A stretch of 64,000 nt of DNA from Octopus sinensis (Eukaryota): contig NC_043003.1 of the NCBI RefSeq assembly GCF_006345805.1, forward strand, positions 112,778,001 through 112,842,000. The letters are read 5' to 3'. Positions 55,728 through 64,000 of this stretch are shown piece after piece. The translations under genes and the position numbers were made by a program. The notes below the pieces were generated by a model. That model did not search any database. It was not told where the DNA came from and saw only the letters and a list, made by a program, of their open reading frames with translations. How positions within the stretch are numbered: position 1 is the first letter of the stretch; the number at the start of each line of letters is the position of its first letter.

Positions 55728-55869
55728 GTTTTGTTGAATTTTCTGCTGCTTTAAATAAAGCATATTACTCTACCACTGGTATTTGAGTACTCTTTTTTTC
55801 ACCTTGTTTCACATTTATGTGTTTACTCCGATATATATATATATTATATATATATATATATATATTTAA

Positions 55870-55984
<115 letters not shown>

Positions 55985-56027
55985 TTAAATATATATATAC
56001 ATATACATATATATATATATATATTTA

Positions 56028-56065
<38 letters not shown>

Positions 56066-56631
56066 ATGTACGCATGTATATATGTATTCATGCATTTAGT
56101 TATCTATGTATGTACGTATGTATATATGTATGGTATCTATGATTGAAAAGCAGATCAATCGTGAGTATAAAAGTATATGTTGTATATATGATGCCTGCCT
56201 CTGTATGAGTGAGGGTGGTCATTTACTTAGGTTCACTACAGCTGTGCATATATAACCTGTGACTGCAATTTGTGTTTGTTGTCCGAGATTCATATTTCAC
56301 TATCCTTAATTACTGCATTCAAAATATTTAGCTGATCAGTAATGAAGCGACGAACGAAGAACATCACGCAAATGCAAATCATTCCCCATATGCATACATA
56401 CATACATGCATGCGTACATTAAGACGCACACGCAGACACAGAGATACCCATCAAATATAAACATGTTTGTGTGCTCACATGTGTAGCTATGCGTAAGCTG
56501 GAATTTGCCAGGAGTTATTCACAAGTTAATAATGTAGTTTCATATACTCACGTCTATATCCACTATTCACAACCACACCCAACCACCCACCCATATATAT
56601 ATATATATATATATACATATATATATACCTG

Positions 56632-56736
<105 letters not shown>

Positions 56737-56769
56737 ATGTATGTATGTATGTCTGTCTGCCTATCTGTC

Positions 56770-56934
56770 TATTGACCGAGGTCACCGTGGTCTTTTCCAT
56801 TTTTTCTTCTTCTTTCCCTTTTACGATCCCTTTTGATCGAAAACCTACCCCACCTTTTTTCCCCCAAAAAAGAAAAGCTCTGCTTTGTAATCTGTCCCGT
56901 CTGTGTGCAACCCTGTGCGGCTAATAAAGAAACA

Positions 56935-56940
<6 letters not shown>
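56770..56940 (+). mobile_element. 3' UTR fragment of the same Tx1-like family, in (TATC)n
   Basis: gaccgaggtcaccgtggtcttttcc...ccctgtgcggctaataaagaaacatatctatc, homologous to the reverse complement of 48845-49165. Confidence 0.85.
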
Positions 56941-57027
<87 letters not shown>

Positions 57028-57376
57028 GTCTGTCTGTCTATTTATCTGTATATCAGTCTGTATATCAGTCTGTATATCAGTCTGTCTGTTTATCTATCTA
57101 TATTAATAACAAGAACTTTTGGATAGAAATTCTTAAATCATGACAACATTGCTACGCACGTTTCCACGAACCACATGTTTTTTGTTACTGCATTCTCCAT
57201 TCATAGGACATTACAGATATGATATTTATTTTCTCTTGATTTCTTCCTATCTACAGACGTCTATTTGCACAAATCTAAATATAAAGTAAAACGCTACTTA
57301 TATCCTTTATCCTGTATTCTTTCTATCTATCTATCTGTATGATAAGTCAAAATATTCATAGGATCCGCCCACAAAC

Positions 57377-57523
57377 TTCGCAGAACCTTCTGGTTGGTGT
57401 AAATTGCTAAATATCCATTGGTTACAACCAGATCACAATGCAATTTTTGTCTGAGGAAACGAATACATGCAATAATGGTTCCCTTTAAAATCCATGGATA
57501 TTGCAAATCATATTTGTAATGCT
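57377..57523 (-). CDS. Candidate internal exon (147 nt, phase 1-1), first part of a CUB-like domain: HYKYDLQYPWILKGTIIACIRFLRQKLHCDLVVTNGYLAIYTNQKVLR
   Basis: Acceptor gtttttgttgctgcatccatag|, donor cgaa|gtttgt; open frame; Y.....x.W, I.F and YL.IY spacing match CUB; splices in frame to 20902-21021. Confidence 0.55.
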
Positions 57524-57767
57524 CTATGGATGCAGCAACAAAAACGTATGATTTGTGGAACCATACATATCAATGTATCAAAGGATTTATGAATTTTCAT
57601 CTCAAAGTTCTAGTTACTACTATATTTCTCTTACACAACAGCGGCACCAGACTAATTACCATTCCAAAGCATTACCCTGGAGAATGGGAATTAGAAGTGG
57701 TAGCCGGAATAACTAGCATAGGAACCTTCTATGAGCGCACTCGAAAACATTCCACATAAATATGTAT

Positions 57768-57799
<32 letters not shown>

Positions 57800-58109
57800 G
57801 AGTGTGTGTGTGTTTGTGTGTGCGCGTGTGTAAATATAAAATTTTCTTCCGTTTCTCGCCGAGTGTTTTCCGTACACCTAGGGCAGAGAAGCTCATTGTA
57901 TGCATTCCCAGATTACACACGCAAATTCACAGGTAAAATATGTATTAAAAAAATTAATGAATAAATAAATTCATGAATGGATGTTGTTTTCACAGCGATA
58001 ATGCTCTTCTCAGTACACGAGCCGTTCCAGTTAATACGATTTTTTGCACTTCCTGTAGGGATGGTAAGCCTGGTATCATTTTCAAATACGTTTCAGTACC
58101 TTTTTTTAT

Positions 58110-58112
58110 ACC

Positions 58113-58148
<36 letters not shown>

Positions 58149-58267
58149 TATTATATTATTATTATTATTATTATATTATATTATTATTATTAATATTATT
58201 ATATTATTATTAATATTATTAATATTATTATTATTATTATTAATATTATTATTATTATTATTATTAA

Positions 58268-58304
<37 letters not shown>

Positions 58305-58327
58305 ATTATTATTATTATTATCATTAA

Positions 58328-58384
<57 letters not shown>

Positions 58385-58445
58385 TATTATCATTATTATT
58401 ATTATTAATTATCATTATTATTATTATTACTATTATTATTCAATA
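58110..58445. repeat. (TTA)n microsatellite
   Basis: Direct reading. Confidence 0.96.
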
Positions 58446-58933
58446 CACCTATAACACTTAATGCTTCCAGATCATGCTTGATTTAAGATAAAGTTCTATC
58501 AAACAGAGATTTATGATAGAATTGATTTCAGTTTGACTAATTCTGAGAATGTCTGGCAGGTGGTAAAGTTGGCAAAGGTGACTGTTCCGCAGAAAAGATA
58601 AAATATGATACAGGATCCATTTTTCCGGATTATTTTTCTTGTAAACTGAATATCGATGAATCTAGTTATCACCTGATAACTAGATTAATCAATATCCAGT
58701 TTACAAGTAAGATGAGGCACGGCTATAATAGTTTGGTTGATACATTAATATATACAATTGATCGATATATAGATTGGACATGTTATAAAAACGTTATACA
58801 TACATTAATAATACATTACGAGCTAACACACAAGGATACATACATATGCTTTTCTTATATATATTTGTAATAATAATAATAATAAGAATAATAATAATAA
58901 TAATAATAATAATATAATAATAATATAATATAT

Positions 58934-59341
58934 AGATATAGTTGTCAGAGATCATGAAGAAGAAAAATGCTTTCTGATTGATGTATCAATACCGGCAGAT
59001 GACAACGTGTCTCTAAAAGAAATGGAGAAACTTTCAAAATACAAAGACCTGGAAATGGAGGTAACCAGAATGTGGAATCTAAAAACAGAAACAATTCCTA
59101 TCATACTAGGTGCATTAGGCATGATAAAAAAATATTCAGACAAATACATAACAAAAACAGCAGGACTTACAAACACATATAACATACAGAAAATTGTACT
59201 ACTAGGCACTGCACACATCCTACGCAAAACACTTTCCATACAATAACCATCAGAGCATCACAACAAATCACAGCACATACCCAAGGCACACAGAGCTGCG
59301 CTCGGTAGTGAAGTGAAAGCACGCTATAAAAAATAAAACTA

Positions 59342-59346
<5 letters not shown>
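58934..59346 (+). mobile_element. Young 5'-truncated Dong/R4-like LINE 3' end (RLE domain) inserted in (TAA)n
   Basis: DIVVRDHEEEKCFLIDVSIPADDNVSLKEMEKLSKYKDL...IPIILGALG...LLGTAHILRKTLS*; TAA arrays on both sides. Confidence 0.92.
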
Positions 59347-59411
<65 letters not shown>

Positions 59412-59623
59412 TAATAATAATAATAATAATAATGTAGACAGCAGTTTGCAATGATTCACCAAAAAGGAAAACTATAATCGTGACTAAATGTGAATAGGAT
59501 GTTAGAAACACATGCAATGCGAGAAATAAAAGCTAAAATACTCTAATGCTGTAGTCAAAGCACATAATTCTATGCATATATACTGACAGGAACTGGAATT
59601 GTCCGAAAACACCGATCGAGAAT

Positions 59624-59675
59624 TCCCTATACTAACAGTCAGTTTCGGCAATTTCCGCGGCCTCATCAGTAAGGA
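59624..59675 (-). ncRNA. Type I hammerhead ribozyme motif with fully canonical core
   Basis: Minus strand: tcctta-CTGATGA-ggc cgcggaaatt gcc-GAA-actga ctg ttagt-A-taggga; stem I 6 bp, stem II 3 bp, stem III 5 bp; GUA site. Confidence 0.8.
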
Positions 59676-59834
59676 CTGGTTCGACTTCGGAAGATTCCGG
59701 ACTTATTTCTGGCGATGTATGTGTTTCTAACAGCCTAGTCACATTTCGTGATGATTATAGCCCGGATCTGTAAAGGTCGAGTTAGTCTTTACTGATGCGT
59801 GTACATCAATGAACTGATTGCATGGCATACGTAG

Positions 59835-60025
59835 ATATATATTTCTTTATTACCTACAGGGGGCCTAAATATAGAGGGGACAAAGAAGGACGAACAAAGG
59901 GATTAAAAACTGGTACTTATTTAATCGACCCTGAAAGGATGAAAGGCAAAGTCGACTTAGGCGGAATTTGAACTCAGAACGTAACGACAGACGAAATACC
60001 TATTTCTTTACTACCCACAGGGGGT
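59835..60025 (-). mobile_element. tRNA-derived SINE
   Basis: ggtacttatttaatcgaccctgaaaggatgaaaggcaaagtcgacttaggcggaatttgaactcagaacgtaa. Confidence 0.8.
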
Positions 60026-60044
60026 TCAAATGTAGGTAACACCA

Positions 60045-60470
60045 CGAGGACATTTTCTGGTAGCAGTTTATGGTGTGGGAGACTTCCTCAACTTTGAGAG
60101 ATCCTGTATCACTTATTGCTTACAGTTTGCATAATTTCTCGCAACTAGACCGTTTATTTGCATCAGTTATTTTCTAACAATTTCCTGCACCTGTATTGCA
60201 AAAATATACCCTTTAAAGGGAGAGAGAACTAGTATCCTGGATGTTAGTCCAGGGCAGAATTTCCTAGTTCTCAATGTTGTTGTTACTTCCAAGCTTTCTA
60301 AGAATATAGGCATGCGTGATCTTCTTTGGGAAGTATGAAACTTCCCCTGAGATAGCATGGTGAGAACTTTTCTGGATGTACATTTTAGGTCATAAGGCAG
60401 CCCCACTTATGCAGACTTGATCCACTGAAAAAAAATCGGCGTCTGATAGACAGTAGATGATGATGAAAGT
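60045..60470 (-). mobile_element. Decayed R4/Dong-like LINE fragment (post-RT region)
   Basis: YIQKSSHH...WTNIQDTSSL..KGYIFAIQVQEI; homologous to about 1230-1500. Confidence 0.7.
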
Positions 60471-60631
60471 ATATGACGGGATGTCATACATACATACATA
60501 CATACATACATGCATATATATACATATATGCGTATGTGTGTGTGTGCATATATATATGTATATGTATACATACATACATATATATATAAATAAATAAATA
60601 TATATATATATATATATTCATACATACATAC

Positions 60632-60785
60632 AGTAGGTTTTCAGTTTCCACCCACCAAATCCACTTGCCAGGCTTTTGTCAACCCGAGGCTATAGCAGAA
60701 GACACTTGCCCAACCTGCCGTACAGTAGGACTGAACCCAGAACCACGTGGTTGGGATGCAAGCTTCTTACCACTCAGCCACGTTT
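60632..60785 (-). mobile_element. tRNA-derived SINE
   Basis: Reverse complement of the 26772 family (agaagacacttgcccaa...aaccacgtggttgggatgcaagcttcttaccactcagccac). Confidence 0.8.
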
Positions 60786-62436
60786 AATTTCAACTGTTGC
60801 ACTTCCAGAATTTTCTGGAATATCAGTCATGTTCAGTGTTCTAGTTGGAAAACATAATTATTCTTTGTTCAGAAAGTGAATGGTACATTATCGTGTGTAA
60901 TCAGTTCACAGGTTCTTGGCTAATCAACGGACCAAATGGCATTAAACCTATCCCAGTAAATTTCTTTGGGTATAAAGAATAAACAAGAAGATATCTACGC
61001 GATCGACAATGTTAGTTTGTAATTTACGATTGTAAGTGATACTTGCTTTATTGAACGTAAGGCGATATGCTATCTTTCGAGAAAAGGAAAATATACCAGC
61101 GATATTTTGTGTCCTGTCTGATTATGAATGGCTTGATCAAATATTTAGAAGACAATTACGTTTTTAATTAATCAATTTACATTAGTAACATACAGTTTTT
61201 CATTCGAAAAATTTACCATTTCATACCATCTGGTTTATTTTCACTTTCAGAAGCGTGTATAGAAGCATTCAATTGTTATGGTCCTATTTTCTGTCTGGGA
61301 TTAATCTTATTTTCTTGCTCCGTTCCATCAATGGTTTTGCTTTTCAATTTGATTTTGATTTTCAAGAATGTTACACCCCAAATAATAAATCTAAGATCTT
61401 ACGTCAAACCCATATCTTATCCTACTAAGTTTCATTTCTCACTTAATAACACCTACATGCAATAAACAATCGCCCTTTAGATTTCTCGCTTGCTTTACGC
61501 ATACGCTCTGACACTACAGATGCATGGGATTGTTAAGTGATTACATATAATGTATTCACATAGAGTAAACTTGAACATATGAGATTTAAGTGCTTTAGTT
61601 ACCGACACAATGCAGATTAGTGAAGAAATGTGGACCATGTAAACATTAACTTGTCGTCTGTTACAATATCTAACCAATTAGCTAAGGTTCTCTGCACATA
61701 AGTTGGCAATGAATTCCTACAAAATATGAAAACATTAGAGATGGGTTAAAAATCTGATAAACAAGTACGCCTAGTTAAATGCTGTTCACGTCAATTTTAT
61801 TGCCTAAAGTGATTGTTTTTTTGCTCTGCTTAATGTTACCGGCAACAAACAGATATCTACAGAAGGAAGATTATATCATATTCACATATCACTATGAAAT
61901 CATAGCGAAGCACAGATCATAGGGAACGTATTGGCAGGGTGGAGACCCGTAGGTCACTGATTTCTTTTTCTAATAAAATTTTTAAAAAATGATCAATCAT
62001 GACGGCCACTTTTATCGCAATGGCCAATTTATTTCCTTATGAAATTCTGGTAAATTGCATCGATTCAATTATCGTCAAATCCAATTATTATAGATGAATT
62101 AAGAAATCAATTAATTAATTAATTTACTTATTAATGAAATAATTAAGATGATTATAGAATTACGATATAGATACTGCTTCCATGTTACAAGCCGCAAGAA
62201 ATTGTTGTAGATGATAAAATGAATGTTGATAGCGAAAGGTGGGCGACTTACCCGTCGCTCATCTTTAAGTGACTGTTTAAACGCTTCTTTGGACAGAAGC
62301 TTTGAAACATACAAGAATGTCACTCGTTAAGTGGATGGGTTATTCTTTGTCTCCCTTTGTCATTTTCTCTCTTTCTGTGTCTTTCCCCCCTCTCTCTCTC
62401 TGCATCCTGCTCTTTCCCTACTTTCTCTAATAATTC

Positions 62437-62439
62437 ATG

Positions 62440-62525
<86 letters not shown>

Positions 62526-62530
62526 AATCA

Positions 62531-62564
<34 letters not shown>

Positions 62565-62565
62565 A

Positions 62566-62602
<37 letters not shown>

Positions 62603-62836
62603 GCCTGTCTGTCTGTCTGTCAACATTTTAAATAGGTGTCAGACTGATTACTGCATATCTGTGCAGTACCTACATATCGAACTATCGATCTACTTCTTGT
62701 TTCAGTTTCTCCCTGTGTCTCTTTCACACTTGCCCTGTTGCTCGTTATATATATGTGTGTGTATGTGTGTGTATGTGTGTGTATGTGTGTATGTGTGTGT
62801 GCCTATGTGTACATATATATATACATATACATATAT

Positions 62837-62933
<97 letters not shown>

Positions 62934-63030
62934 CACACATATATATACATACAAACATTTATGTACATACCTACAAGCATACATACATACATACGTGTTC
63001 ATACATATACACACAGACACAGACACACAT
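62437..63030. repeat. (TATC)n, (TG)n and (TA)n microsatellites
   Basis: Direct reading. Confidence 0.9.
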
Positions 63031-63720
63031 ACATTTATATGTAGGTAGGTGTATACAAACACAGATATCGTCACACAACGCTGATTATAAGACCTACAGA
63101 AATATAAATAAAGAATTAATTCTCTGGCACTTCTCAAGAAAAACAGTGTCAGAATTATATTCCATGATACAAACAGTCCATATAATGTCTAACAGTAGTT
63201 AAGACATAATCTAAAGAATGAAATTTCGAGCTAAAAATATCACAGTGTCACAGTATAGACAAGATCATCAGATACTGTTATACACCGATGGTCACAATGC
63301 ACTTCCAATTCTGTCTAGCAATATAGATGTTGAAATTATTGATTGCTTAGATGTTTTGCAACATTCAATTTCCACAGAGAATTAAGTATTCAGCTGTTAA
63401 CCGGAATTCTTTCTACTTTCACTTAACATCACTTAATAGATTCTCCCTCCGGCTACTTTAATCTATGTTAATTACGTAAAAATGCATATTGCGCTTCATC
63501 ATAATGGAAGAGTACACATAGACACGTGATACACACACACACACACACCACACACACACACATAGAGGCATACATGTATACACACGTATATATATATTCA
63601 TATCTAGAAGCAGATGTGGGGATAAGCAAATCAGAAACATCAATATATAAAGTGTATTAAATACATCAAATGTATTTTATATATTTGATGTTTCTGATTT
63701 ACGTATCCCAACATTTGCTT

Positions 63721-64000
63721 CTATACTCACACAGCCTGATCCCTCTTAGTTTGAATTCTATACTCGCACAGCCTGATCCCTCTTAGTTTGAATTCTATAC
63801 TCGCACAGCCTGATCCCTCTTAGTTTGAATTCTATACTCGCACAGCCTGATCCCTCTTAGTTTGAATTCTATACTCGCACAGCCTGATCCCTCTTAGTTT
63901 GAATTCTATACTCGCACAGCCTGATCCCTCTTAGTTTGAATCTATACTCGCACACAGCCTGATCCCTCTTAGTTTGAATTCTATACTCGCACAGCCTGAT
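63721..64000. repeat. 37-bp minisatellite (about 7.5 copies, runs off the window)
   Basis: Unit ctatactcgcacagcctgatccctcttagtttgaatt. Confidence 0.97.

Larger units (their letters stand above)
55607..55760. repeat. 154-bp near-perfect palindrome made of two PLE-terminal repeats, each arm carrying a minimal HHR
   Basis: 77-bp arms, no loop, one mismatch; centre tttttg|caaaaa. Confidence 0.92.

Noticed and set aside
57526-57759. Plus-strand 77-aa ORF (…PKHYPGEWELEVVAG…) and plus-strand DPPTNF…HWLQPDHN at 57362
   Set aside because: No recognisable family and early stops; the second is antisense to the better-supported minus-strand exon.
59583-59615. Possible plus-strand HHR (CTGACAG…GTCCGAAA) next to the minus-strand one
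   Set aside because: The core lacks G8/A9 and no stem III or cleavage triplet can form, so it is not an ambisense viroid-like pair.

Overview
AT-rich, repeat-saturated eukaryotic genomic DNA. The tRNA-SINE families, the (TA)n/(TATG)n/(TAA)n/(GATA)n profile and the retroelement mix point to a coleoid cephalopod, most likely an octopus (inference). Nearly all long ORFs in the supplied track are microsatellite artefacts. Real content: R4/Dong-like RLE LINE fragments, a Tx1/L1-like LINE whose ends sit in (GATA)n, CR1/L2-like LINE fragments, four decayed mariner fragments, two MITE families, about nine tRNA-SINEs, and many Penelope-like element (PLE) remnants. Two observations stand out. (1) The window holds at least five unrelated type I hammerhead ribozyme (HHR)-like motif families. 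One has a fully canonical core (59624-59675, minus strand). Several sit in head-to-head fold-back palindromes or downstream of RT-less GIY-YIG ORFs. (2) Two candidate phase-1/phase-1 minus-strand exons 36 kb apart (57377-57523 and 20902-21021) splice in frame into a divergent CUB-like domain. If this gene is real, much of the window, including many hairpins and ribozyme motifs, is intronic. All assignments come from reading the sequence by eye; no database search or folding program was run. A 100-N scaffold gap lies at 27460-27559.
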